64,000 nt of DNA from Sphingomonadaceae bacterium (GTDB taxonomy: Bacteria > Chloroflexota > UBA6077), in the NCBI GenBank assembly GCA_050261575.1, contig JBLNDL010000078.1, positions 1 through 64,000 of the forward strand. The letters are read 5' to 3'. The notes under the pieces were generated by a model. It was given only the letters and a program-made list of their open reading frames with translations. It had not been told where the DNA came from and searched no databases. A program made the translations under genes and the position numbers. Shown here piece by piece: positions 9,003-19,003 of the stretch; positions within the stretch are counted from its first letter, which is position 1, and each line of letters starts with the position of its first letter.

Positions 9003-9734
9003 CTACAGCCCGAGGATCTGCATCAACTGTCCGGTCTCCTCCAGGCTCGGGAGAACCACCTCCGCCCCAGCCGCCACCAACTCTTCGGCCGTGAACGAGC
9101 CGGTGGGAACGCCCACGGCGCGGCATCCATTGTCCAGGGCGCATGCCACGTCCCTCGGAGTATCCCCCACGATGAACACTCGGCTCGTCTCGAACCGCCT
9201 GCCAGTGGCCGCTTCCGCTCGGCCGATGGCGATGGGGGGCAGCCCGGAGCGATTTTCCGCCTCCGTTCCGAAGGCCCCGAAGGCGAAGAACTCCGCCAGC
9301 CCCACGGAGCCCAGCTTGTGGCGGGCGATCTCTGGCGCGTTTCCGGTGAGCAGGCCGAGCACGGTGCCCCTTCCGGCCAGCAGCTCCAGGGCTGCTCGGG
9401 CACCCGGCAGCGCCACGTATTGGCCGTCGGTGTCCGCTGGGTTCAGGTAGATCTCCACCATCCGACGGCACGCCCGCAGGGCCAACTCCCGGCCGCGACC
9501 GTCAACGGGGGCAAGGCCGCGGGCCAACTCCATGTAGATCTGCAGGTCGGTCATGCCGTGCATCCCGGCGGTGAACCGACACTCGACACCGTAAACCTCG
9601 CGAAAAGCCTCGCGGAAGGCGCGGCTGTGGCGCGACGGACCCTCGGTCCGGACCAGCGTCCCGTCGACGTCGAACAGCAGCAGGGTCGGGGAATCCACCA
9701 ATCGATTGGGTTCGGAGTAGGGCGATTCCTTCAT
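9003..9734 (-). CDS. HAD-family hydrolase (phosphoglycolate phosphatase-like)
   Basis: LLFDVDGTL, LLTGN, IVGDTPRDV; start uncertain. Confidence 0.88.
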   Translation of the reverse strand: MKESPYSEPNRLVDSPTLLLFDVDGTLVRTEGPSRHSRAFREAFREVYGVECRFTAGMHGMTDLQIYMELARGLAPVDGRGRELALRACRRMVEIYLNPADTDGQYVALPGARAALELLAGRGTVLGLLTGNAPEIARHKLGSVGLAEFFAFGAFGTEAENRSGLPPIAIGRAEAATGRRFETSRVFIVGDTPRDVACALDNGCRAVGVPTGSFTAEELVAAGAEVVLPSLEETGQLMQILGL

Positions 9735-9882
9735 GGAATCATGATAGACCCAAACCTTCACGGTGGGCAAGTAGAGGACGTAAGAGACGAAGAGGTTTCA
9801 ACCCGATCCGATGCCCATCCGGCCGGTGCCCCCTTCGGCGGGCAGGGGGCCCGACGCCGGCTGCAACCTCAGACGAAGGCTG

Positions 9883-10359
9883 CTAGGCGGCTACCTCACG
9901 CAGCTTTCGCTTCTCATCCCAGGTGAGCACTTTGTCGAGGTCCAGCAGGATAATCAGCCGCCCCTCCAGTTTGGCAATGGCCCGAATATAGTCCGACTCG
10001 ATGGTGGTCACTACCGGCGAAGGAGGCTCCACGGCGGAAGTGGACACGCGCAGCACCTCGGATACCGCATCCACCACCATTCCGATCGTGTGATCCCCGA
10101 CGTCCACCACCATGATACGGCTCGCCTTCGTGCGGTCGCCCTGCTCGAGACCGAATCGCTTCTTCAGGTCGACCACGGGAATCACCTTGCCCCTGAGGTT
10201 TATCACGCCCTCGACGAACTCCGGGGCTCGGGGAATCCGCGTGATGGTCGTCATGCGAATGATCTCCTGAACCCGGCCGATGTCCACCCCGTAGACCTCG
10301 TTGGCCAACTCGAAGATCACGAGCTGTTCCTCTGCATCAAGCACCTGGTTGTCAGCCAT
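9883..10359 (-). CDS. cheW: Chemotaxis coupling protein CheW
   Basis: QLVIFEL, YGVDIGRVQEII, FVEGVINLRGKVIPVVDL, GMVVDAVSEV; ATG at 10359 after AAAGGAG. Confidence 0.95.
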   Translation of the reverse strand: MADNQVLDAEEQLVIFELANEVYGVDIGRVQEIIRMTTITRIPRAPEFVEGVINLRGKVIPVVDLKKRFGLEQGDRTKASRIMVVDVGDHTIGMVVDAVSEVLRVSTSAVEPPSPVVTTIESDYIRAIAKLEGRLIILLDLDKVLTWDEKRKLREVAA

Positions 10360-10457
10360 TCCACAGTCTCCTTTCGTCGGCCGTCGAAACCGCACCGGTT
10401 CTCCACTGTGATTATCGGCAGTCCCCTGGAATACTTTACCCTTCGGAATCGAAGCGG

Positions 10458-11165
10458 CTACCGCAGCGTCGCCCGCACCACGAGCCGCTTGAGATACTGT
10501 CGGGTTCGACGATCGAAATCCCCCCCGCACGTGATGAGGGTAAGCTCGTAGCCATCCGATTGGCCGAATACCTCCTCGACCGGTGCATCGTCCGCGTCGT
10601 ACCACCGCAGCCACTGCACGACGTACTCGTACTTCCTGCCGTCTGTCGCCGTGATCTCCACGAGGTCTCCCGCCTTGAGGCTCCCCAGCTCCCAGAAGAC
10701 GGCGGTCTTCCCTCCCCAATCCACGTGGCCCGCGACCACGGCGTTCCCTGGCTCCCCCGGCTTCGGGCCCAATCGATACCAGGCAACGTTGTTGCCGTCC
10801 TTGGGCACGTCCATGGCACCGTCGGCCGCGAGTCCAACGTATTCGAACCCCGCGTCCACACCGATGGCGGGTATTCGGATCTGCCTCGGAAGCTCGACGG
10901 CAGGCTCGTGGGGCTTCGGCCCGGGCTTCGGTTTGAGCCTCACGAGGATCTCGTTGGCTTCCTTCTCCTTCTGTTCAGTGCCTTCTACCGATCCCCAAGG
11001 CTGTATCCGCGACGCCTCCCTCGCCCCGGCGCCCGCGACGTCGGTGGGCCTCTGGCCCTCCGCGCCGACCTTGGCCGCGTGGCCAACGGCCACAGGGGCG
11101 GGATAGCTGGCCGCTATCAGGAGCAGGACAGCCACCACCAAAAGGCCCGACCCGATTCTCTTCAT
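10458..11165 (-). CDS. Class F sortase
   Basis: Signal/anchor helix, IRIPAIGVDA, PGEPGNAVVAGHVD, LTLITCGGDF...Y..R.VV.A (His/Cys/Arg triad). Confidence 0.9.
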   Translation of the reverse strand: MKRIGSGLLVVAVLLLIAASYPAPVAVGHAAKVGAEGQRPTDVAGAGAREASRIQPWGSVEGTEQKEKEANEILVRLKPKPGPKPHEPAVELPRQIRIPAIGVDAGFEYVGLAADGAMDVPKDGNNVAWYRLGPKPGEPGNAVVAGHVDWGGKTAVFWELGSLKAGDLVEITATDGRKYEYVVQWLRWYDADDAPVEEVFGQSDGYELTLITCGGDFDRRTRQYLKRLVVRATLR

Positions 11166-11322
11166 CCCAGTCTCCCACAGAATCAGCCTAATACGGCACG
11201 GTGATACTACGACGCCAGGGGGTTGCGACAGAACGGACCAAAGGCCCTGAACTGACGCCCTTTGGTCCCTTCCTTGGGCAGCCGCGGCCCCCCACCCACC
11301 CTTTCCCCCTTTCCGACACAAC

Positions 11323-11351
11323 TTGACACTGGGTTATGACCAGGTTAGAAT
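11323..11351 (+). promoter_or_regulatory. Sigma70 promoter of SRP RNA
   Basis: TTGACA-17 nt-TAGAAT. Confidence 0.85.
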
Positions 11352-11356
11352 CTACT

Positions 11357-11627
11357 TGGTCGTGCTAGACGGGGAGCTAGCGGTGCCCTGTACCCGCAAC
11401 CCGCTACAGCGGGGTCGAATTCCCGTTCGAGGCCTAGTGCTTTTCGACCAGGGCTGGGCTCAGTGGTGTTGATGGCTTGGTCCTGCGCGGCGAAGGCTCA
11501 GAAACCCCGTCAGGTCCGGAAGGAAGCAGCGGTAACTGATCATCTTCGGGTGCCGCAGGGCAACCTGGCCGGAGCAGGCTAGTCTGGCACCGTCGGGGGG
11601 CCTGGGTCGACAACGGGTGCACGACCA
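11357..11627 (+). ncRNA. ffs: Signal recognition particle RNA, large bacterial type with Alu domain
   Basis: Terminal helix TGGTCGTGC/GCACGACCA; Alu-like GGGGAGCTAGCGGTGCCCTGTACCCGCAACCCGCTACAGCGGGGTCGAATTCC; helix-8 motif TCAGGTCCGGAAGGAAGCAGC. Confidence 0.95.
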
Positions 11628-11812
11628 CTTACCTCGTCAGATGCATCGTGGGCGGTGGCAGCTACTCTCTGCCACCGCCCCTTTTGCTCTCCGGAGCACG
11701 CTCGGCCCCCTTCGGGCCGAGCAGCATGTGGTCACGCTGCAGCAAGGTGCATCACGGCCGCGTCCCTGTGGTACGATTGCGGAAAGGCTGAGAAGCGGAG
11801 GAGTAGAGCGGC

Positions 11813-12742
11813 ATGGCGGTCCGGGCGACGTCAGGTGGGAGCGAGAGCGTCTGGAGGGTGCCGGAAAACCTGCCCTCTCCGGAGGAGGTGGAGCAGCTTA
11901 CCCCCAAGGCTCTGCTGCAGCGGCTTGGGCTATCGGCCCGGAAGGCATTCTCGCAGAGCTTCCTCACCGACAAGTACGTCGTGAGGGACATCATCGAGGC
12001 GGCCGAATTGCGGCCCACCGACGAGGTGCTGGAGGTCGGCCCAGGACTGGGCGTACTTACCCGGGAGCTGGTGAAGGTCGCTGGCAGAGTCGTGGCCGTG
12101 GAGTTGGACCGTGCACTGGCAGAGCTGTTGCCGAGACTGGTATCTGATCCGGACAAGCTCGTGGTCGTGCAGGGGGACATCCTGGCGTTCGACCCCGCTA
12201 CGGTGTTCAGGGGACCCTACAAGGTGGTGGCCAACCTGCCCTACCACATCACATCCCCGGCTCTCCGACACCTGTTGACCACCCGCGCGAAGCCCACTCT
12301 GATGGTGGTGATGGTACAGAAGGAGGTGGCGGAGCGCATCGCGGCGAAGCCGGGCGACACCAGCTTTCTCTCAGTGATGGTGCAGCTTTACGCCAAGGTC
12401 ACCGTGGTCCGCCACGTCTCCGCCGCGTCCTTCTTTCCCGCCCCCAAGGTGGACTCCACAGTGATCAAGCTGGAGGTGTACGAGCGGTTGCCCGAAGGGG
12501 TGGACGACCCTGAAGCCCTGCTGGCGATGGTATCGGGAGCGTTCAGCCGCCGTCGCAAGCAGCTTCACAACTCCCTTTCACAGGCGATGTGGTTCCCACC
12601 GGGCGGCGTGTTCGAGGTGCTCGAGGCGGCAGGCATCGACCCCACGCGCAGACCCCAGACCCTCTCCGTCGAGGAGTGGATCCGACTGTACCGCGTCTAC
12701 CAGGACGCGAGATCCCGTTGGCAGAGCGAGCAAACACGATGA
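11813..12742 (+). CDS. rsmA: 16S rRNA m6,2A dimethyltransferase
   Basis: SQSFL, VLEVGPGLGVLT, VVANLPYHIT, MVQKEVAERI, FFPAPKVDS. Confidence 0.96.
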   Translation: MAVRATSGGSESVWRVPENLPSPEEVEQLTPKALLQRLGLSARKAFSQSFLTDKYVVRDIIEAAELRPTDEVLEVGPGLGVLTRELVKVAGRVVAVELDRALAELLPRLVSDPDKLVVVQGDILAFDPATVFRGPYKVVANLPYHITSPALRHLLTTRAKPTLMVVMVQKEVAERIAAKPGDTSFLSVMVQLYAKVTVVRHVSAASFFPAPKVDSTVIKLEVYERLPEGVDDPEALLAMVSGAFSRRRKQLHNSLSQAMWFPPGGVFEVLEAAGIDPTRRPQTLSVEEWIRLYRVYQDARSRWQSEQTR

Positions 12743-13623
12743 ACGGAGTCCGAATCTCCGCCTACGCCAAGGTGAACCTGTCACTGGAGGTGCTGGGAAA
12801 GCGGCAGGATGGGTTCCACGAGGTGCTGACTGTGATGCAGTCCATCAGCCTGGCCGACGAGTTGGAGATGGCGCCCGCCGCCGACCTCACCCTGGCCTGC
12901 CAGCCGCACTTCTGCGATGTGGGGGACAACCTGGTGCTTCGGGCGGCAAGAATGCTGCGAGCGGCCCACGAGGACGCACCGGGGGCGAGGATCACTCTGC
13001 GGAAAGGCATCCCCGTCGCCGGAGGTCTGGGGGGCGCGAGCGCCGACGCCGCCGCGGCCCTGATTGGGCTGGCTCGTCTGTGGGGGTTGGACCTGCCGGC
13101 CAGCCGGCTCCGTGAGATGGCGGCCGATCTCGGCTCCGACGTGCCGTTCTTCCTCTTGGGTGGCACGGCGCTGGCAAGCGGCAGGGGCGAGAAGACCTCT
13201 CTCCTTCCGGATCTGCCGCCCCGCTGGCTCGTGCTGCTCGTACCTCCTCACTCCCTCGCCGCGAAGACCGCTGAGCTCTACCGCCGGCTAACGCCCGCCA
13301 ACTGGTCCGACGGCACTCGCACCAAACGCCTCGCTGGAGCGATAGCCGAGCGGCGCGAAGTCGGCGAGGATCTTCTCGGGAACAGCTTCGAGGCGGTCGC
13401 GGACGAGGTCTTCCCCAGCCTGCCGGAGTTTCGTGGGGCGATGATGGATGCAGGCGTCCCTGCCGTCCGCCTCTCCGGCGCCGGCCCGGCGCTCTTCGCT
13501 CTCCTGCCCGACTCCGCGGCGGCGTCGGCGGTGGCCGACCGGCTGCGTTCCGCCGGATATCACCCTCTCGTGGCACGGACCCTCACTGCCGAGGAGGCGC
13601 TCCCCCGACCCGTGCCGTTCTAA
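12739..13623 (+). CDS. ispE: 4-diphosphocytidyl-2-C-methyl-D-erythritol kinase
   Basis: AYAKVNLSL, KGIPVAGGLGGASADAAA, LGSDVPFF, LSGAGP; ATGA overlap with rsmA. Confidence 0.95.
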   Translation: MNGVRISAYAKVNLSLEVLGKRQDGFHEVLTVMQSISLADELEMAPAADLTLACQPHFCDVGDNLVLRAARMLRAAHEDAPGARITLRKGIPVAGGLGGASADAAAALIGLARLWGLDLPASRLREMAADLGSDVPFFLLGGTALASGRGEKTSLLPDLPPRWLVLLVPPHSLAAKTAELYRRLTPANWSDGTRTKRLAGAIAERREVGEDLLGNSFEAVADEVFPSLPEFRGAMMDAGVPAVRLSGAGPALFALLPDSAAASAVADRLRSAGYHPLVARTLTAEEALPRPVPF

Positions 13624-13692
13624 GCAGGTATCTCTAGTTTGTGTCCACTTCCCTGGCGGGAAACGTGCACCGCATCTAGGACACCTGCTCAG
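13620..13692 (-). mobile_element. 73-bp TIR repeat (MITE-like), copy 2; overlaps ispE stop codon
   Basis: CTAAGCAGGTATCTCTAG...CTAGGACACCTGCTCAG. Confidence 0.75.
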
Positions 13693-13797
13693 CCCCTGGC
13701 GCGGTTTCTGCTTACATCGATCGCGCGACCACCTCGTCGGCACTCCTTCCCGGCAACGAGGTCCGCGTTGGGAAGGAGCGGGAAGGACCTACTGGGA

Positions 13798-14736
13798 ATG
13801 GATTCCCTCTGGCGGCCGGCACTGCTCTACATCTCACGCAGCAAGGCTCTCCGACGCTTGACCACACGGTCCGGTGTCTCCAGGCGGATGGCGCTGCGCT
13901 TCGTGGCAGGCGAGCGGATGCACGATGCCATCGACGTCACGCGGGAGATCAACCGTCGAGGAGCAGGCGCCGAGATCGACTTTCTCGGGGAGAACGTGGC
14001 GACTACTGTCCAGGCAGAAGCAGCCGCAAAGGTCTACCTGGAGCTTCTGGAGCAACTCTCCGCCGCGGGGGTGGAGGCGCACGTTTCTCTCAAGCTGACC
14101 CAAATGGGACTGGACCTGGATCCCGCTTCGTGCCGGCGAAACGTCGAACGGGTGGTGGAGTCGGCAGAGGAACGGGCCAACTTCGTCTGGCTCGACATGG
14201 AGAACTCAGACTACACGGATAGGACACTGGCGATCTACCGGGACCTTCGGGCTCGCCACTCGAACGTCGGGGTCGCGGTACAGGCATACCTGTACAGGAG
14301 CAAGGCCGACGTCCAGGACCTGGTGGCTCGCGGCGGGACGGTGAGGCTGTGCAAGGGGGCCTACCTGGAACCCCCCGACGTCGCCTTCGCGAACAAGAGC
14401 GACGTGGATCGGAACTTCATGGTCCTTTCCAAGATCCTCCTGTGCAGCCGTCGCCTTCAGGCCATCGCCACACACGACGAGAAGATGATCAGGCGGGTCG
14501 TCCGGTTCGCGCGCGCCAACGGGATCGATCGGGACCGCTACGAGTTCCAAATGCTCTACGGCGTGCGGCGGGACCTGCAGGAGCGGCTAGTGGCCGAGGG
14601 ATATCGGTTGAGGGTCTACGTGCCGTTCGGCAGAGAGTGGTTCCCCTACCTGATGCGGCGGCTCGCGGAGCGGCCGGCGAACATTGTCTTTCTGATATCC
14701 AGCATTGCACGGGAGAGCCGCAGTCGTGTGGCGTAG
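13798..14736 (+). CDS. Monofunctional proline dehydrogenase
   Basis: RFVAGE, SLKLTQMG, LDMENS, VQAYLYRS, VRLCKGAY, IATHD, EFQMLYG, YVPFG, YLMRRLAERPAN. Confidence 0.93.
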   Translation: MDSLWRPALLYISRSKALRRLTTRSGVSRRMALRFVAGERMHDAIDVTREINRRGAGAEIDFLGENVATTVQAEAAAKVYLELLEQLSAAGVEAHVSLKLTQMGLDLDPASCRRNVERVVESAEERANFVWLDMENSDYTDRTLAIYRDLRARHSNVGVAVQAYLYRSKADVQDLVARGGTVRLCKGAYLEPPDVAFANKSDVDRNFMVLSKILLCSRRLQAIATHDEKMIRRVVRFARANGIDRDRYEFQMLYGVRRDLQERLVAEGYRLRVYVPFGREWFPYLMRRLAERPANIVFLISSIARESRSRVA

Positions 14737-14782
14737 GTTCGAGTCCTCCCTTAGAAACCAGAGCCATTCCCAGGAGGAGCCA

Positions 14783-15340
14783 GTGGAGACCCTGCAGCAC
14801 TTCGTCGAACGGGCGACCGAGGTGGGGGCCCGCGTGTCGGGCCCGATGACGCCGGATGAGGCCACGAGGCAGGTCGTAGAACTCTTTCTGGCGGCTCGCG
14901 CTCGCACGGCGTTGCTCTCCCCAGACTTGAACGGCCTTCGAGAGCCGATAGCTGAGGCGCTGGTCCGCGCGGGTGCGAAGCTCGTCGAGGACCCGGCACC
15001 CGAGGCGGCGGCACAGGCCGACGCGGGCGTCAGCACGGCGGTGCTGGCGGTAGCCGAGACCGGTTCGGTCGTCGTGGCAGGAAACGACCTGCTGCCCAGG
15101 CTGGCAACGATGCTGCCCCTCGTTCACATAGTGCTGGTCGAGCAGCGGTCGCTGGTCTCCTCTCTGGACGAGGCGGGTGATTTCCTGAGGCGGCTGACGG
15201 CAGGGGAAGGTATGCCGCCTGCCCGGAACGTGTCCATCATCACCGGCCCCAGCCGGACAGCCGACATCGAAAAGACGCTCAGCGTCGGGGTCCACGGCCC
15301 TCGCGACCTGCACATCGTGCTGATCCAACGCTACCGCTAA
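14783..15340 (+). CDS. lutC: LUD-domain lactate utilization protein C (YkgG-like)
   Basis: AVAETGSVV, ITGPSRTADIEKTLSVGVHGP; GTG after AGGAGG. Confidence 0.9.
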   Translation: METLQHFVERATEVGARVSGPMTPDEATRQVVELFLAARARTALLSPDLNGLREPIAEALVRAGAKLVEDPAPEAAAQADAGVSTAVLAVAETGSVVVAGNDLLPRLATMLPLVHIVLVEQRSLVSSLDEAGDFLRRLTAGEGMPPARNVSIITGPSRTADIEKTLSVGVHGPRDLHIVLIQRYR

Positions 15341-15376
15341 GTGCGCCGTACCGCAGCAAGTCCTATGGTGAGACAG

Positions 15377-17680
15377 ATGGCACAATCGCCATCGCGCCGC
15401 CTCCTGGTCCTAATAGCCCTGAGCCTTGCTCTTCTCGTGGCCTCCGTCGCGAGGCTGCAGCGACGGCGTCACGTCGAGGCCGCCTCCTCCCTCGAGACAC
15501 GTGAGCCGTTTGAGACTCGATACGAGCGGGCGCTGGCGAGCGCTCAACTGAGGGAGAACCTGGCTCGATACCAGCGAACCTGGAGGCGGCAGCGGGACAC
15601 GTCCTTCGCCACCCACGAGGCAAGAACGGGTCGGCAGTTCGAGGCGATGCGCCACGAGATGGCCGCGGTCAAGGACAGGGTCATCGCGGACCTCCCTGCC
15701 TACTTCAGGCAATTCAAGGAGGCCGCCGAGCGTGCCGGCGCGGTGGTACATCGAGCCGAAGAGCCCGAGGACGTGCACCGCTACATCCTGGATTTGGCCC
15801 GAAGGCACGGCGTCGACCTGATCCTGAAGAGCAAGTCCATGGTCAGCGAGGAGATCCACCTCAACGCTGCCCTGGAGAGACACGGGCTGAGGGTGGTCGA
15901 GACCGACCTGGGGGAGTACGTGGCACAACTGGCCCACGAGCACCCATCCCACATGATCTCGCCCATAGCCCACAAGAACCGCTACGAGGTTGCGCGGCTG
16001 CTGTCCCGCGAGTCGGGCCGCGAAGTGTCCGGCGAGGACATATCCGAGCTGACGTCGGTGGCTCGGCAGCGGTTGCGCGGTGCTTTCCTCGCCGGCCAAA
16101 TGGGCATCAGCGGAGCGAACGCCTTGATAGCCGAGTCGGGTACGGTGATGCTGGTGACCAACGAGGGCAATGGACGGCTGGTATCGTCGCTGCCGCCCGT
16201 CCACGTGGTGATAGCAGGCTACGAAAAGCTGCTGCCGACCTTCTCCGACGCCATGGCCGAGCTTCGGCTGCTGGCCCGGAGTGGCACGGGCCAAGCACTC
16301 ACTAGCTACACCACCTTTCTCACCGGCCCGGATCGCCCGGGGCGGGAGCTACACATTATCCTCCTGGACAACGGTCGATCGGAGATGCGGGCAGACCCCG
16401 ACTTCGTGGATGCGTTGCGCTGCATCCGATGCGGGGCATGCGCCAACGTCTGCCCGCCCTACAGGGTGATGGGCGGCCATGCCTTCGGGCACGTGTACGC
16501 AGGCGCCATCGGCCTCGTCGTTACCCCCTTTCACCACGGCTTGGAGAACGGTGCTGGCCCCCAGAGCCTCTGTGTCTCCTGCAACGCCTGCGCGACGGTG
16601 TGCCCGGTGGAAATCCCGCTTCCGAGGCAGATCCTGGACGTTAGGCGGAAGGTGGCGGACTCCAGAGGGCTGCCCTGGTACAAGCAGGCCGCCCTTGGAC
16701 TGTGGAGCCGCCCGGCGCTGTTCGACACCGCAACCAGGGTCGCCTCCAGGCTTCAGGCGCCTCTCTCCTCTGGGGGTTTGATGAAAAGGCTGCCCTTGCC
16801 CGACTCCGTAGCCTGGCGTACTCCACCGGCGCTCGCCGCCAAACCCGCGCGGGACCTGCTGTCTGGGCGAGTGCCCCAACCGGCCAGGGAGGGTCCTCTA
16901 GCTGGCAGCGCAGCGCGGGGTCTACGGGTGGCCTATTTCATCCAGTGCGTTACGGACCGATTCCTCCCTGAGATGGCGGAGGCAACCGTCCGGGTGATCG
17001 AGGCGTGTGGCGCAGGGGTGGTCGTACCGGGCGAGCAGCATTGCTGCGGGCTTCCGGCCTTCGACGCGGGGGACAGGAAGCGGGCACTGGCGATGGCGAA
17101 GCAGACGGTAAGGATGCTGGAGGGGGTGGACGCCGACTACGTTGTGACGGGCGCCGCGAGCTGCGTCGCCATGATGGTGCACGACTACCCCCACCTCTTC
17201 GCCGATGACCCCGAGTGGCTGGAGCGCGCCCTCGAGGCCGGAAAGAAGGTGGTCGACCTGACCACCTTCCTGCATCGTGTGGCGCAACTCCCCCAGGGAG
17301 CGCTGGACACAGGGCCATTCCCCCCTGTCACCTATCACCACTTCTGCCAATCTCACAACGTGCTGCAGATATGGGAAGAGCCCTACAGGCTGATCTCAGA
17401 GGTGCTAGGTCTGGAGTTGCGGGAGATGGAAGAAGCAGACTCCTGCTGCGGGTTCGGTGGCTCCTTCTCCGCCGACCATCCCAGGATATCCAGGCACATC
17501 GTGGAGCGGAAGCTGGCCAACATCGACGCCACCGGCGCTCCCATGGTGATCACCGACAACCCGGGCTGCATCCTCCACCTGCGGGGATCGGCGGACGCGA
17601 GCGGGCGTCCCCTGCGGGTCCTCCACCTGGCGGAGCTGGTGGATGCGAGGCTGCGGCAGGCCGGTTGGGCGCGGGCGTAG
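15377..17680 (+). CDS. Fused LutB-LutA-like Fe-S oxidoreductase (LUD + 4Fe-4S + CCG domains)
   Basis: KSKSMVSEEI, ETDLGEY, NEGNGRL, CIRCGACANVCP, CVSCNACATVCP, HCCG, SCCGFGGSF, NPGC. Confidence 0.9.
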   Translation: MAQSPSRRLLVLIALSLALLVASVARLQRRRHVEAASSLETREPFETRYERALASAQLRENLARYQRTWRRQRDTSFATHEARTGRQFEAMRHEMAAVKDRVIADLPAYFRQFKEAAERAGAVVHRAEEPEDVHRYILDLARRHGVDLILKSKSMVSEEIHLNAALERHGLRVVETDLGEYVAQLAHEHPSHMISPIAHKNRYEVARLLSRESGREVSGEDISELTSVARQRLRGAFLAGQMGISGANALIAESGTVMLVTNEGNGRLVSSLPPVHVVIAGYEKLLPTFSDAMAELRLLARSGTGQALTSYTTFLTGPDRPGRELHIILLDNGRSEMRADPDFVDALRCIRCGACANVCPPYRVMGGHAFGHVYAGAIGLVVTPFHHGLENGAGPQSLCVSCNACATVCPVEIPLPRQILDVRRKVADSRGLPWYKQAALGLWSRPALFDTATRVASRLQAPLSSGGLMKRLPLPDSVAWRTPPALAAKPARDLLSGRVPQPAREGPLAGSAARGLRVAYFIQCVTDRFLPEMAEATVRVIEACGAGVVVPGEQHCCGLPAFDAGDRKRALAMAKQTVRMLEGVDADYVVTGAASCVAMMVHDYPHLFADDPEWLERALEAGKKVVDLTTFLHRVAQLPQGALDTGPFPPVTYHHFCQSHNVLQIWEEPYRLISEVLGLELREMEEADSCCGFGGSFSADHPRISRHIVERKLANIDATGAPMVITDNPGCILHLRGSADASGRPLRVLHLAELVDARLRQAGWARA

Positions 17681-17818
17681 GGTCGCCACAGTAATAGAGC
17701 TGGCATCCCTCCTGCATATCTCCCCCCATCGTGCGCAACACGCCGGCGCTCGATTTCGATCACGACCGAAGCCTCCTCGCAAGACGGCCCGCCGCGGGAG
17801 GCTCGGGGGGAGAGAATC

Positions 17819-18700
17819 GTGAGGAAGGTCAGCTTTCGACTGTTGATGGTCATATCCCTCGTATCCATTCTCGCGGCCCTCATGCCATCCGCGCACGCCA
17901 GGGAGGTCTACTGGAGTGAGGATCGCGCCGCCGGGCGCTCCGTTCTCTCAGACAGCCTGATCGTAGCCTGGTACGGGAACCCCCGCACCGGCCTCATGGG
18001 TGTGCTGGGGCAGTTCACCGGCGAGGAGCTCGCCTCGCGGCTCAGGCGTCAGGCGAACGCCTACTCCCCCCACACTAACAAGACGATCGTGCCGGCCTAC
18101 GAACTCATCGCCGTCGTAGCCCTGGGCAGCCCCGGCGCGGACGGCCTGTACCGTCGACGCGAGACCACCGAGGTGATCGACTCCATGCTGGAGCAAGCCA
18201 GGGCCAACGGCTTCCGCCTCATCCTGGACGTTCAGGTGGGTCACAGCACGGTCGAGGACGAGCTGGAGTACCTTCGGCCGTACCTGGAGCAGCCGGACGT
18301 CTACCTCGCCCTCGATCCGGAGTTCGACATGTGGCGCGGGCAGCTACCAGGGGTGCAGATCGGCCACATGACCGCCGCGGAGGTGAACTACGCCATCCAG
18401 ATGCTGGAGAACCTGATACAGGCGAACGGACTGCCCCCCAAGGTGCTGATCGTGCACCAGTTCACCCAGAACATGCTGCCTGACAAGGGTGCCATCAGGC
18501 GCAGTCCCGTGGTGGATGTGGTGCTGGATATGGACGGCTTCGGCGCCCAATGGCTGAAGAAGGACACCTGGGACATGGTGATGCAGCGGCCACTCGAGTT
18601 CGCTGGGATCAAGCTGTTCTACGACCAGGATCCCGGGATGTTCACTCCCGCGGAAGTCATGGCCCTGGAGCCCACCCCGTCGGTGGTGATCTACCAATGA
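17819..18700 (+). CDS. Secreted hypothetical protein, possible TIM-barrel/glycosidase-like fold
   Basis: Signal peptide ending AHA; motifs YGNP, ILDVQVG, ALDPEF, VHQF, DMDGFG, GIKLFY. Confidence 0.7.
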   Translation: MRKVSFRLLMVISLVSILAALMPSAHAREVYWSEDRAAGRSVLSDSLIVAWYGNPRTGLMGVLGQFTGEELASRLRRQANAYSPHTNKTIVPAYELIAVVALGSPGADGLYRRRETTEVIDSMLEQARANGFRLILDVQVGHSTVEDELEYLRPYLEQPDVYLALDPEFDMWRGQLPGVQIGHMTAAEVNYAIQMLENLIQANGLPPKVLIVHQFTQNMLPDKGAIRRSPVVDVVLDMDGFGAQWLKKDTWDMVMQRPLEFAGIKLFYDQDPGMFTPAEVMALEPTPSVVIYQ

Positions 18701-18706
18701 GCAGCG

Positions 18707-18757
18707 AGCCGACACCTCTCCACGGCGCCCGTACCCGGCCGCGGTGAGGTGTCGGCT
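18707..18757 (+). terminator. Hairpin separating housekeeping block from glycan locus
   Basis: AGCCGACACCTC...GAGGTGTCGGCT 12-bp stem. Confidence 0.5.
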
Positions 18758-18790
18758 AGACGATCGCTGATTGCCAATTGCTACTGATCT

Positions 18791-18844
18791 GTAACTGAGG
18801 TTCTGTACTCGTTTCATCCCCCGTTCACTGCCCACCGCCATACT
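18791..18844 (+). promoter_or_regulatory. Direct-repeat promoter, site A
   Basis: GTAAC(18791)..TTCAT(18813)-N6-TTCAC(18824)-N10-CATACT(18839). Confidence 0.6.
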
Positions 18845-19003
18845 GCTCGCGGCTGGTCGGGGTCGATCGTTGCGGTCGGTTGCCTCTCAGTCGGTGCTGG
18901 TGCCCGACTGCCCCCCCAACCGCGATCGGGATGCGGAACCCAGAACCGTTGCGCACGAGGCCGCCCGTACGGCCCACCGGAGGCGGCGCGAGGAGGTGAG
19001 GGC

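Noticed and set aside
11434..11628. 64-aa minus-strand ORF
   Set aside because: Antisense to the SRP RNA gene
14730..14750. tRNA T-arm-like GGTTCGAGTCC after proline dehydrogenase
   Set aside because: No acceptor, D or anticodon arms, stem mismatch, no integrase nearby
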